Positions 43,981-55,406 of a stretch of 64,000 nucleotides of DNA are shown here, one piece after another. The position numbers and the translations under genes were made by a program. The notes beneath the pieces were generated by a model. It did no database searches, had not been told where the DNA came from, and saw only the letters and a program-made list of their open reading frames with translations. The number at the start of each line of letters is the position of its first letter. The stretch's first letter is position 1. The DNA is from Rhodosorus marinus CCMP1338 (taxonomy: Eukaryota > Plantae > Rhodophyta): the NCBI GenBank assembly GCA_029953675.1, contig JAMWBK010000009.1, positions 1 to 64,000 on the forward strand, read 5' to 3'.

Positions 43981-44775
43981 AAATCATTCCACTAGAAGAT
44001 GCAACTCAAGAGTTAAGTACAGAATCTAGTCCTCAATTCCGAAGCCTAATTCTGAGCATTGCTTCGGCGGTAGGTCGCCCTTCGGTGTCTCATCTAGAAA
44101 AGCATCTAAAAATAGCACCCACGGTACCGGATACGGTTCCAAACTAATCCACGCATTCTAAGTCCATCAAGAACCCGGGGTATCTCTGATGATCCTACAT
44201 CAAGTCCTAGCACTCTAGATGGCCTACAGTTTCCAAATGCGGAAGTTTCACTCTGAGGATCGTTCGACCCCGGGTTTGGCACCAGCAGCTCAATCCATTT
44301 GCCTTCGCTTCCTATTGAGGAACGGTCAACCCCGAGCTTAGCATCAGCTGCTCAATTCAGTTGCCTGCGATTCCCACTGATTGATGAGGATGAATCCTCA
44401 ACAAGCTCTGTCAATCTCAGGGGCAAGTGCAATCTTGACTAGTTACGCTGTAGCGCTACATGGGCTCCGTTCTCCGGGTTTTTTGGTTTCCTCCTCTCAA
44501 GAGTCGCTGCTTTCCCTGAATGAAGAATGTACGTTTATTGAAAGATGTGAGCCGTCGTTTGCAGGGTGGTGAGGGGTTGACAGCAACGTCCGCCCGCGGG
44601 GGTCTTTAATGGTTGAGCTGGTGTCTTACAATTGGGTGCCAGTTACAAGGCACGTTTCTAGCATCCGTGTGGCTACGTGCACTTGTGGAAATGTGAACTG
44701 AATCTGAATCCGACCGGATCAATAGAGGACTCAGCTCCTAGCATTGGGAAGGGGTCTAACGTTGGGAATAGAAAC

Positions 44776-46011
44776 ATGCCTAGCAGAGCGATTGTAGCCA
44801 AGCATGTATTGTTTGCAATGGTCGGGATGGGGTCTGGATGGATGACTAGCGATGCAATTTGGGCGCAGAATCCAACGTTTGTAAAGCGTTTTGCGGCTGG
44901 ATTTCATCTACCGTCTTACCTGGCGATGACTGCTCAAGCATTAAGCGCTGTTACAATTGGTGCTCTGATGCTGCAGAGGGTCATCTACAGGGGCAGCTCG
45001 CCGCAATTTGGGGAGAGCACGTTTCATCGGCGGGTTATACTGATAATAACGTGTCTGCAGTTCGCCGGCCTCACCGCGCTTGTGTTTATGTGGGGAGTGA
45101 CGCTGTATTCTTGGCCCATCGTCTTGTTCATTGTTATTGGTTGCGGGCAAATTATTGGAATCTCCAATTCAATTGTCGTGCTGCCCTTTATATCGACAAG
45201 GTGTACCTCGAACCTAGTCTCTTCCGTCTCGACTGGTGTACAACTAAGCTCAATGATGGCTGGCCTGTTGGGTATTGCGCAGCAGCCAAGTCAGGGCACT
45301 GACGAAGCTTTTTCCACCAGTGTTTTCTTCATGATTTTCGCCGCTATTGCTGGGCTGGCAATCTGCAGCTGGTCCTACGTTTCTGGCACAAACCTGGGAA
45401 TTGATTCCATAGTATCCGAGAAGCCGTTGACTGACGTAGTTGAAAATGGAGAGGAAGCCGATGAAGTTTCTGATGGATCCATTTCGATTGGGTGTATGTA
45501 CGGACTCCTATTGCCTCTGGATATCGCAGCGTGGGGTATAGCGCCGTCGATTTTGCCCTTTGCCGCTGGAACACTAGCCGGCAGTTGTGACAGCACAAAT
45601 GAGGAGGCCCTTCAAACTCTACGGTACGCTATTTCTTTATCTTTTGTAGCCCTTCCGATAGCTGCATTCACCACCGCTGTCTTTCCAACATTTCGAAAAT
45701 GGGTTCTAGCGGCTATGTTCTGTGTTGGTGTATTCGCTTTCGCAATCGAAATGTCGATCCTAATGCGTGCGAAGCTCATTCTAGAGCTTTCTTGGGCTCC
45801 GTCGGTATTAATCGTCGCACATTTCGTGATGAGATTTATCGACACATATTTAATGACTACTGCGTTTCGGCTGATTACCTACAAGTTCTCTCTGACTGCT
45901 GATAAGTGGAGGCACTCCGAGAAACTTGGCTTGTTGCTTTCTATCTGTGGATTTCTCTCAACCCTCACCTCGTTTCTCTTGATTCATGAAAAGGTGATCC
46001 GCTGTGAATAG
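44776..46011 (+). CDS. Multi-pass membrane protein, SLC52/riboflavin-transporter-like
   Basis: About 11 hydrophobic segments; N-terminal GMGSGW...AIWAQNP...LPSYL resembles the SLC52 G.GSW...G.W.E.P...LPSY pattern. Confidence 0.55.
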   Translation: MPSRAIVAKHVLFAMVGMGSGWMTSDAIWAQNPTFVKRFAAGFHLPSYLAMTAQALSAVTIGALMLQRVIYRGSSPQFGESTFHRRVILIITCLQFAGLTALVFMWGVTLYSWPIVLFIVIGCGQIIGISNSIVVLPFISTRCTSNLVSSVSTGVQLSSMMAGLLGIAQQPSQGTDEAFSTSVFFMIFAAIAGLAICSWSYVSGTNLGIDSIVSEKPLTDVVENGEEADEVSDGSISIGCMYGLLLPLDIAAWGIAPSILPFAAGTLAGSCDSTNEEALQTLRYAISLSFVALPIAAFTTAVFPTFRKWVLAAMFCVGVFAFAIEMSILMRAKLILELSWAPSVLIVAHFVMRFIDTYLMTTAFRLITYKFSLTADKWRHSEKLGLLLSICGFLSTLTSFLLIHEKVIRCE

Positions 46012-46390
46012 GCCTTGAGCAGCTTCGAAAGTATTCGCGGCTCTCTCTTCAATTGTTTGTCTATAAATAGAACATTCTGCTTCAGAAACGTGGCTTCTTG
46101 TGCTGAAATCCTACTCAACTCCAAGTTCAAGCTGTGCCTAGTACTTCTTGCTACCCCACACGAATAGAATCCGAGACTTTCATGCAAATTAGTAAGGCTC
46201 ATTGAGGAAAACCGGGTTTGATAGCAAAAAATTTATTCCAGCCCGGCTGGTTTAGCAACGTAGGCCTCTCAGCAAGTGGAGCTTCATTGATCAGTTGCAG
46301 AAGTCCAGAAATTTTGTTAGAGTAGTTCAAACTAAATCCTTCAATGGTTACCAACGGCCTTAGTGCCCAGAGCAGCAGGGTCCTTGCAAC

Positions 46391-46990
46391 GAATAAACTA
46401 AACGCTTTGGTGTTCGTTGCACACCGGGACGCGAACAATCCAATGAGAGGGTACTCACCCGCAACGAAATTATGAAAGAATGATGCAGGAACTCTGTCAC
46501 GCTGGGCACTCGAGTCCAGCAGCAGCAATGGTGTTTACAAATGGCTGTGGTGCCCGGGATAATCACCCGCAAGGAAATTATGATAAGAATGATGCAGGAA
46601 CTCGATCGATCACAAACTAGGCTCACGAGTCCAGCGGTAGCCCTGCCGAGCAATAACTTTTCCTATAAACTCGAATTCTATTGCTCGGCAGGGCTACCGC
46701 TGGAATAAGCTAAACGCTTAGGTGTTCGTTGCACACCGGGACGCGAACAATCCAATGAGAGGGTACTCACCCGCAACGAAATTATGAAAGAATGATGCAG
46801 GAACTCTGTCACGCTGGGCACTCGAGTCCAGCAGCAGCAATGGTGTTTACAAATGGCTGTGGTACCCGGGATAATCACCCGCAAGGAAATTATGATAAGA
46901 ATGATGCAGGAACTCGATCGATCACAAACTAGGCTCACGAGTCCAGCGGTAGCCCTGCCGAGCAATAGAATTCGAGTGTATAGGAAAAGT
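46391..46990. repeat. ~265-bp direct duplication separated by a ~50-bp inverted segment
   Basis: 46391-46655 repeats at 46703-46967; 46656-46704 is the reverse complement of 46942-46990. Confidence 0.9.
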
Positions 46991-47199
46991 TCTGAAGCAC
47001 AGATCTGCGCGTAAGCCAATTCTCCTCTAAAACCACCTCAATTTCGTCTCCGACCAGTGAATTTTCGCTCCTCTCTTCGGGTGTGGAAACAGATGTGCAA
47101 ATGGGCTGGCTGATTTACTATTGGCGAGCTTTGAGAACTGGGATTCTTTCATCGCTCATTATCGAATGCTTTGGTATTTTAGACGGCGCTGTTTGTCGC

Positions 47200-47600
47200 T
47201 GGCTTTGTTAGGTCTTTCACAATGCCCACGGCCGTCGTGACACAGTCAATCTTGACACAGTCAGCTCACGCAGTTGCTGACCCTCTGGCGCTTTTAAAAG
47301 CTGGGCTGTTGCTGGACTCCCATCATCAGCGGCTCCCTTTGTGCTCCTCAGGGTTAGCCCTAGGGAACCTCTTTCGCAGTCCGGGCTTGCTCATCCGTTT
47401 CTCCCCTTAGTTGTAGAGGTCTTTGGATTTTTACATAGCCCTCAGGGTGCTTGGTTGCGTGAGCGTTTCTGTGATCCCCCTGATGCTCTTTCTCGACTGT
47501 ATGCATCTCTGAGTCTGATTACATGCCTTTGTCGTGCTGCTAGTGCTGCAGCCGAGCTCCTTGTGCCCCTCCTAGCATATTGCATGGGCCCCGCTCCCTT
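47200..47600 (+). mobile_element. Old A/E-like RLE element remnant
   Basis: HPFLPLVVEVFGFLH..GAWLRERF.D....LSRLYASLS parallels HRFQPFIVESFGHVD..GLEWLRKCF......LLRRLSVSL. Confidence 0.6.
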
Positions 47601-48404
47601 CCGACCTCCGCTCGAATATGTGTACCTCGGACTAGGCACGCTCTAGACAAAGGCTGCAGCTACCCGGATTGGCGGTATATTTCGACTATGTGGCTAAATG
47701 CAAAATTTCCGCAGGCTTTATGAACGGAACTGGAGTATTCGAAAGTGGAACAGAATTACTTCTGGCGCGTGCACGGTAGCGCTGAATGATGATCCGTTTA
47801 TTCAGAGCTGAATGAGTGTTCCTATGCTGATATCGGTGATACCCAACCGCGAGAACACTTTGAGCTGAAGCTGCAATGCTACTAGCGGCTACTAAATACT
47901 CATGATCAATTCACGGGATATTTTCGATTTCAGCGAATGGCGAAGTCGAAAAGGTCCAGTATTTCACAATAAAATTGACCTGTCCAATCAAGTGTGGCAA
48001 ACCGCCGAAACAATGAATCGTGCGCAAGATATTTTTGTTCCATCGGCCAGTTTGTGGCCACATAAGTAGATTGGGAGCAAATCATTGATTAAAAAAACTA
48101 ACAAACCTTCTGTCGTTCCTTTTGGCCGGAGCTGCAGCTGCGGATAGCTGCACAAGAGAAGGGTTTATCGCTTCGAGAAGGATAACATTTTGCAATTTAT
48201 GGATAAAACATAGTATCTGCAGCCCCTCCACCCTTCGAAATACTATATTCAAATAGCTCGGGATACCGCGTCCTTACTCACAAAAAAGCGAGCCTAAAAC
48301 GGCTGGAAAACCTGGAGAAATCGGCATTTTGATACCGAAGGACACAATCCTTAGTACATATATCAAAAAACTCGTCGCTTCACTGCTACCACAACAACGG
48401 GGAA

Positions 48405-49199
48405 ATGAGGCTAGGGCAGGTTGCGGTGACTAGGAAAGAGTCGAGCGGGCATCGGGGGGCTAGGATGCAGAACAGCGAAATACTGCAGTCGCCCGCTCAA
48501 GGGTTTGCTTATGAGACGCCCAATCTGACGGCATCTATAGATGCGCACGTAACGGCGAGGAAAGATGGTTCAACGGCGGAAAGAGATGGTATCAAAGACT
48601 CCTTTGCTCACTTATTCACGCCGAGCTTTGGAGGAATAACTCCGCTGCTCGGCAATGGGTTGCCTTCTGGGGGCCTCAAGCATTCATCGGGAGCAACGCC
48701 GTCCCTAGCCTACCTGGACGATGCTTTGGTACCGAATGCACGGAAAAGTGAGAATTTATTTTCACCTTCGCTTACTCCTGCATTTATCGAACATGGCGAG
48801 AGAGTCCATGCGTTTGGGGAGATGAGTAGCGAAATTTACCCAAGCTTTGATGACCGCGTAGTACCCGCGGCCAATTTTCCCTCGCGGCCTGAAGTCAAGG
48901 TACAGCGAGGTTCAGCTCTAGTGCCGAAGGCTACCCAAAAGAGGAAACGCCAGCCGCCTACTAAAGAGCCTGCCAAGGACAGTACGCCGCTGAAGGACTC
49001 CAAGAAGGCGAAATTTGACTTGACCAGAGAGACCTTAACGCGAGAGTTGCAGAAAAAGACTAGAGAGGCGGCGATTGTGAGATGGAAACAAAAGAGAAGG
49101 GAGAGGTTGAGGGGAAAACACATTCGATACTCGTGTAGAAAGAAGTTGGCCGATGCAAGGCCCAGAGTCAAAGGGAGGTTTGTAAAGTCTGATTTATGA
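48405..49199 (+). CDS. CCT-motif protein (no B-box or receiver domain seen)
   Basis: C-terminal REAAIVRWKQKR......IRYSCRKKLADARPRVKGRFVK is a textbook CCT motif. Confidence 0.9.
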   Translation: MRLGQVAVTRKESSGHRGARMQNSEILQSPAQGFAYETPNLTASIDAHVTARKDGSTAERDGIKDSFAHLFTPSFGGITPLLGNGLPSGGLKHSSGATPSLAYLDDALVPNARKSENLFSPSLTPAFIEHGERVHAFGEMSSEIYPSFDDRVVPAANFPSRPEVKVQRGSALVPKATQKRKRQPPTKEPAKDSTPLKDSKKAKFDLTRETLTRELQKKTREAAIVRWKQKRRERLRGKHIRYSCRKKLADARPRVKGRFVKSDL

Positions 49200-50535
49200 T
49201 GACCTTTGATTGCTATTGCGTATGTGGTATGTATTAGTGTTAGCGAGAAATCAACCCGAAGAACGAGTAAATGTTTGCGACTATGTATGGTGTGTTTTGA
49301 TCAACCCACTTCTACTTTTCAATTTCTGCGGTGGAAAGAGTGTTTGCTTAAGAGACCTGCCAATCGGTTTCCTCTTCCCGTCGGAAAAGAGTGGACGTTA
49401 ACGTGAGGGTCATATTTGCGGAACGGCCCGTAACTAAGTTGTGGAAAGTTCGATCGAACGGTTTTACCCTAATGCGCACTGTTCGCAAGGAACTGGAGCA
49501 CGGCTTCTCTGTCAGGTTGGCTAGGAAACTTCCACACAGTCAAGCGACAATGGAAGCACCCTGAATCGAGAGCTATATCCTTGAGTGAATCCTAGCCTTG
49601 TCAGCTGATTTCGGAGTCGGTTTTGTGCATATTCGGCGAACCGAATGGTGGGTATCCGAAACTATGTGAACCTGTCATGAACAAGGCCGAACCTGTTGTA
49701 TGGCTGGCGAGGATTCATTGTCGTAACAGCGAAGAAGTTAGAACCCGTTTAGGAACTAACGCCGATAGGACCAGCAAATTTGAAATCTGAAAAGGAAGCT
49801 TTTGCGTCGCCAACGATGCTCAGGTGATCCCTGAGCTCCCCAACAAGCAAAGAAGGCAAGAACTGAAAGACTAGTCAATTTATAATAGCGCCGTGGTAAT
49901 CTTTGTAAGTTCCACACATTTCGTCATCTTGGGTGTCAGCGGAGAAGCCGCCCACCTTGTTCCGCATTGTAAACATTGCTTTCGCTGCAGATAAGCATGG
50001 CATTGCCAACGAACGTTCGGAGAGTCAATCCAGTTCTGAATACCTACGACAGTTACCATATTCTCAAAAAGAAGCTTTTTCAAAGCACTTATGCCAGAGT
50101 TGACACTAGATGTGCTTGCCAGGATCTCTTCTTGAAAACTAAACTTCAAGCCCCAAGTAGGTCGATTGATCTACACATCAATCGAAATTTTGATTGTCCG
50201 TCGCACTAGCTGCGCTCGCGCCAAAAAAACCTCCGCCCAGAATCGAACCCAGCATGCAGGCACGTGCACAATCCGTACGGGGCGGGAAGGATGGGAGCAT
50301 GAACTTTTGACGCGTTTGGAAAGGGTTGAATGTGCGAGGGGGCCTAAGGCAAGTCTGTGATTTGTGCATTGAGAACTTTTAGTCTAGGCCGTTATGAGAA
50401 ACAGGATTTCTGCTGCTGCTCGAATTCGCAATTGATAGGATTCACAGGAGTGCGCTTCGAATCGAGCAAACGGTGTTTTCTCCATTGTGTCAGAGTCGTG
50501 GTCTTACCGTTTGACCTAGAGCGGAATCCTCAGAA

Positions 50536-52149
50536 GTGCGGATTGTGTCTGGTAGACCTTGTGAATCCATTGGTGACGGTGCTGGAGAACGGGTGAGTTG
50601 CTCTATCGACATGAATATTGAAGCAGAGCTTGAGGCGAGATTAGATGGTTTGGATGTGTCCGAAGTTCTTGCCGACGGTACCTTCATTCCGGATCCTGGA
50701 GCTCGGGAAGCTCTTGGTTCCTTACACGCATTGCGGGTTGTAAGCCACGCCTCGGAGGTCAGTGAGCTTAAAGGCGATGCTGGTGAGCTACGAAAATGGT
50801 GTACAAAGTCCATTGAATCACTTGACGCAACTGCGTTCGAGACTAGCAGAATCATGGACGCAGTTGCTGCAATTAGGTCAACTCAGATGGGCTTTTTGGC
50901 AGTGAAGAAGGTTGAAAACCGAAAAGGTGAACCGCGGCGCACACCTCGCCTGGCAATGTCGTTCGCGTAAGTTGACCCTTAGCGTCTGCGTTTTCCTGGA
51001 CTGATCTAGAGTACGAGGAATCAATTGATATCGGTGTAATAAGAGCGAAAAGAAAATTACTTAAGCACGCGGCGAACATTCTGAAACAGCAGGCGCGCAT
51101 TCTCAAAGAATGGGCCCCGAAAGAGAGCGAGTTTGTTTCGTACGTGTGTCCCTATCATTAGAATTTTGTTCTCCACAGCGGCGCCTTTCGGGTTTTAAGA
51201 GCGAGAATGGTCTGCTCGAACTCAGACGTACAATGGACCGTCTCATGGATACGGTGCTTATATTTGCCTGTGCCAATGCCTGCGTACCGAATTTTTGTAG
51301 GTGTATCCTTGCTGTCAGACGCACTTGCGGTGGGATCGGAAGGGAGTCGAAGAAGGGAGATCCGATAGTGGAAGTCGGCGGAGGAAATAAGGTTGTCATG
51401 GTCAGAGGAAGCAACGATCGGCTCACGGAGGCTTCGAAGACGACGATGATCTTCTCTCTGGAAAGAATAACCGACGGTGAAAGAGCCGATGGTACTTTGC
51501 TTCAAAGATGTTGCTTGCCCGTTAGAAGAAGCACATGCTTCAATGAATTGAATCCTTGCACCTCTTCTCTCATGGATTGCTAGGCAATTCTCCAATATCC
51601 CCTGCTTTCGATGTACGGCACAATGAGGGGATCGCAGCAATTGCCAAGAAGTCTGAAGCGTTAATCTCCGCAATCAGACAAGCGAGAGCTGGAACTTTCC
51701 GACGAAAGGTTTTCTCAGAGTTCTTGTCTGATGCTTCATCATCCGCGCATGTGATCGAAGTTGGCACGAGGACGTTAACCATCGAGTGCGGGCCTTATCT
51801 CGTACTCCGGATCAACCAAGGGATCGCAAAGGAAGCCGATCAGAGATATCATTCCAAACCGTCCACAAAAAGTTCTGAACGGAGGTCCCGGCTATTATCC
51901 ATGTCATCGGTTGATGGACATCTACGAAAGAAGCGCACAAAATTCGAACTAGACGATTTCACCCGAGAAGTTTCAGCTCGAGAAGCAGTGCATGACTTTG
52001 AGAAAGCTGTAGATACTGTTTGCGAGTGGTGCGCTACAACTGCTCTGTTATCTCGCGCGTCAGAATTATCCGAACTTTTGGTTTCCTCCGTCGCTAACCA
52101 CCCGTCCGTATTCCAGGCTTCGACTTCGGGCGGAGTGGACGAGATCTAG
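50536..52149 (+). CDS. Hypothetical multi-exon protein; boundaries uncertain
   Basis: Consecutive protein-like plus-strand ORF blocks (50536-50970, 51110-51583, 51556-52149); no family recognised. Confidence 0.4.
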
Positions 52150-53070
52150 TGAAAATTTTGCGCTTTTTCGAGTCCGGATATTCTCAACGGATGCCGATGG
52201 TGATGGACCTTCTGAGCTGCTGGCAACTCTGGAGCCATGCGCAGAGCCTTGCACAAGTACGCCCTACTACCCACGCGAGCTTCAGTGATAGTGATAGCTG
52301 GCAGCATGGAGCACTGACAAACAAGTACTGAACTCTCGTCGTCGAATCGCATGTTCGCTCTTACTTTTTCGTGAATAGTTTTGGTGACCCCCGCATTTGG
52401 CGCGATAATTCCATCTGCAGATATTCTCCGGGTAGGAGGGGAGGACTTTCCAGGATCGTTTCGAACTATCAGTTGTGAGCAAGAGCTCGCTTCAATTCTT
52501 TGTCCTCTTCTCTGTATTCGAGTCCTAGAAGTAAGCCCGATCAAAACCCTGTGTTTCTATGCTCCCAATTGCACGGCCATAACAACCACCTGGTTGACTA
52601 AGTGCGTTTGTGAAATCCGGTCTTTTTCTTGCCATTCTATATAAGGCCCTCGAATCTGCCGCTCAATCGAGCGAACCATCGCTACTTGACTTGGACAGGC
52701 ACGGGTTCACTCTCACCGTACAATGCAGGCGCACAGGACGCCATCTGCGAGCTAAGGTTTGGCCGGAGGGCAACCCGGAGCGACCGGACGTATCCGTTTG
52801 GTTGGATGGCACAGTAGTTAAAATGCCTGCGTTATGCGATCGACTCCTCGCGTGGAAGCGATTGCTTCGAATCATCGTTACTCGAAAGCGATGAACCTTC
52901 AGTCTCCAAGGTGAAGGCCTAGGAGACTGATACGATAGGGGCGAATGCCTAACGACTAGGTGTATCGGATGGAAGGTCCTTGCCCTTAACAGTGCCCACC
53001 CCCTCTAAACCCCGAAATGTCTTATTGGGCAGCTTTCTTCGGAGCTTTATTAAACCAAAATGCAATCGAT

Positions 53071-53611
53071 CTAATAGGTGCCGGCTCTGGCAACGAGCAC
53101 AGGGCATGAGCAGTTTGCGATACAGTGCGCGGAAACAGAACCTCCTAGTCCCCGTACCGATTGCATAGTGTCCCGCCCCACGATGAGAAGGTCTGCCTTG
53201 ATCATGGTGCAGTACTCTTCGAGAACCTGGTGAGGAGCTCCGGGCCTGGTCTCCGTTGTGATCGGAATTCCTATCTTCTCTGCTTCGACCCGCATGTTGC
53301 GAAGAACTTTTTCCCCTTGATCGACTTCCTCCTTCTGGATCCTTCCCCAGTACTCATCCAAGAGGAACGTTCCTACGATGCACATGTGCAAGGATTTCAT
53401 GAGGATGCAAACATGTGAGAACTTCAGAATAACAGCTCTACACTAAGGGAGACAGAGTACTCAGCTCACCAAATCCAAACATAGCCTTCTCCGGAATACA
53501 GTAAATGGCGACAACATGATCATCTGGTTTCAGGACGATCTTGGCTGCCCATTCGAGCAGTTTCTTGGACTCCTCACTTTGGTCCACGGCAACAACAATC
53601 TTTCGAGGCAT
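53071..53611 (-). CDS. Universal stress protein A (UspA) family, two exons
   Basis: RKIVVAVDQSEES...LEWA; G.P...L......ADLLIVG...GSVSAHC...CSCPVLV; intron ~53469-53373. Confidence 0.88.
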
Positions 53612-55406
53612 GGCAGTCCGATTGTAGAAGGTTTCTCGCTCTACCAGTTTTAACGACTTCAAAAAGTAACTCTCATGCACCTCTAAACACGACTTCTGAC
53701 CACCGTGCTCGTATGAAATTCCCACCCAACTGCGAAACACCTAACAAACCGGTTAACGGCAGTCTGCCCATTTCACGCCGTAGGTACCTATATAACTTTC
53801 TTGGTTTTTTCTGGGTTCCATGCCTACAAGCCCCAGGTTCTTGTTTTTGGTATATTATTGATCGACTCCCAAAGGCCCGGTGACCTCCTTTCCACCACAA
53901 TTCATCAATACCTCAGAATATGCGATTAGAACAAACTTTCTGGAGCTGCGGCGCGAATGTTTGAAGGCACTTAGCACTTATGGGTTTACGTAGTCTGGAT
54001 TTCAATTGATTTTGTGCACGAAACGCCGTTGTCCAACGAATGAATATCACATACTAATATGGAGCTCAAACCAATCCTCCAGTAACTCGCTTCCGCCCGA
54101 CTACCCAGCAGAATGGGAATCACTGTCTTGCCGTGTGAGTTCCTGTGCGTATGCAGCGGGGAAGAAAAACCCAGAAATTTACGAAGCCCATCATGGATAT
54201 TCCATCTGACTCACAAAGGCGGAACAGTAGCCAGCGGATGATGAAGCTTTTCGGTTTCTATATCCATAGCCACACACACGTCTCCAACTAGCGTACCCCA
54301 CAGTCGCCTCTTTGCTGAGCACAAAAGGGCGCTGGTTAAGCGAGAGCTCGAGGAAAGTACCACACCCACATAGGAGAGCAGAGCCAGAATCCAGAAGTCC
54401 TCTTTGCACAGTGATCATGCTTTGCTACGAGTTCCAACCGACAGATTAGTTTGTCCCTCGTTTCTTCGGTTGAGGCAGGCCTTTGCAGTATTGGGAAGCC
54501 TGCGATGCATAGCTGGTACAAGAAGCAAAACGCTTACCCCAGACTCGGTATGGCAAATGCGGGAAACCCAACCGATTAGCACATCCGTGCAGAAACGGGA
54601 GAGTCCTTCAAAACCAAAAAAAAACAGTCCTGTTTTGCCGCAGAGCACGATTGGCGTATCCCCTGGTAAGCATTCAATCACGAACTTCTTGGGGTTCTGT
54701 TGGAACCCCTTGAAATGGCCCCACTCCAGATATTTGAGACGTATCGATGGACGGCATAAAAAAGGACGAAATAAGTTGGGAATTCTTATATGTCGCAGAT
54801 GTATTGTCGTAATTTACGTCGCGAACTCCCTAGTTTTTCGCTCGCTGTCTTTAGCAGTTGTTTCTCCTTCCCAACACAGCGCTGCCCTGCGTTAAAGTGA
54901 ATTTTTTGCTCAGCGGAGAAGAGTGCTATCGGGGTTAGAGGGGTTCATTCGCGCGAACCTTGTGGGGATTAGTTGGTGCGCGACTTTACGACTAGGAAGA
55001 GAAGGTAATTGGTAGGTCTTTCCTGTTCGACTGGCTCCCAGAGAACTGGGTTCTATCTGTTTGGGGCCAGCATTGCTGACTTCTAGAGGAGCAGATCTTG
55101 GACGTCCTGGTTGGTGGTGACGACTTCCCGATAAAAGCGGTCGGGAGCCCTTCCGATTTCGCGTTTAGGACTTTCTGTAATGTCCTATTTGGATCAAACT
55201 GGAAGAGGTAAGAAGAATCCTTCCTGAGCTCCGTTTGCTCTATGGGAAGCCCCGCTTTCAGTTGTTGGGATAGTTCAAAGGCTCACATACAACATTTTTG
55301 AGATTCGAACTGTACTGTCAACCCGCGAGTCTCACAATTTGATACTTTTCCCGCTCCCGTTGGGATAGGGGCCAGTTCAAGGCCCCCTCCACAGGCCGCA
55401 GATGGC

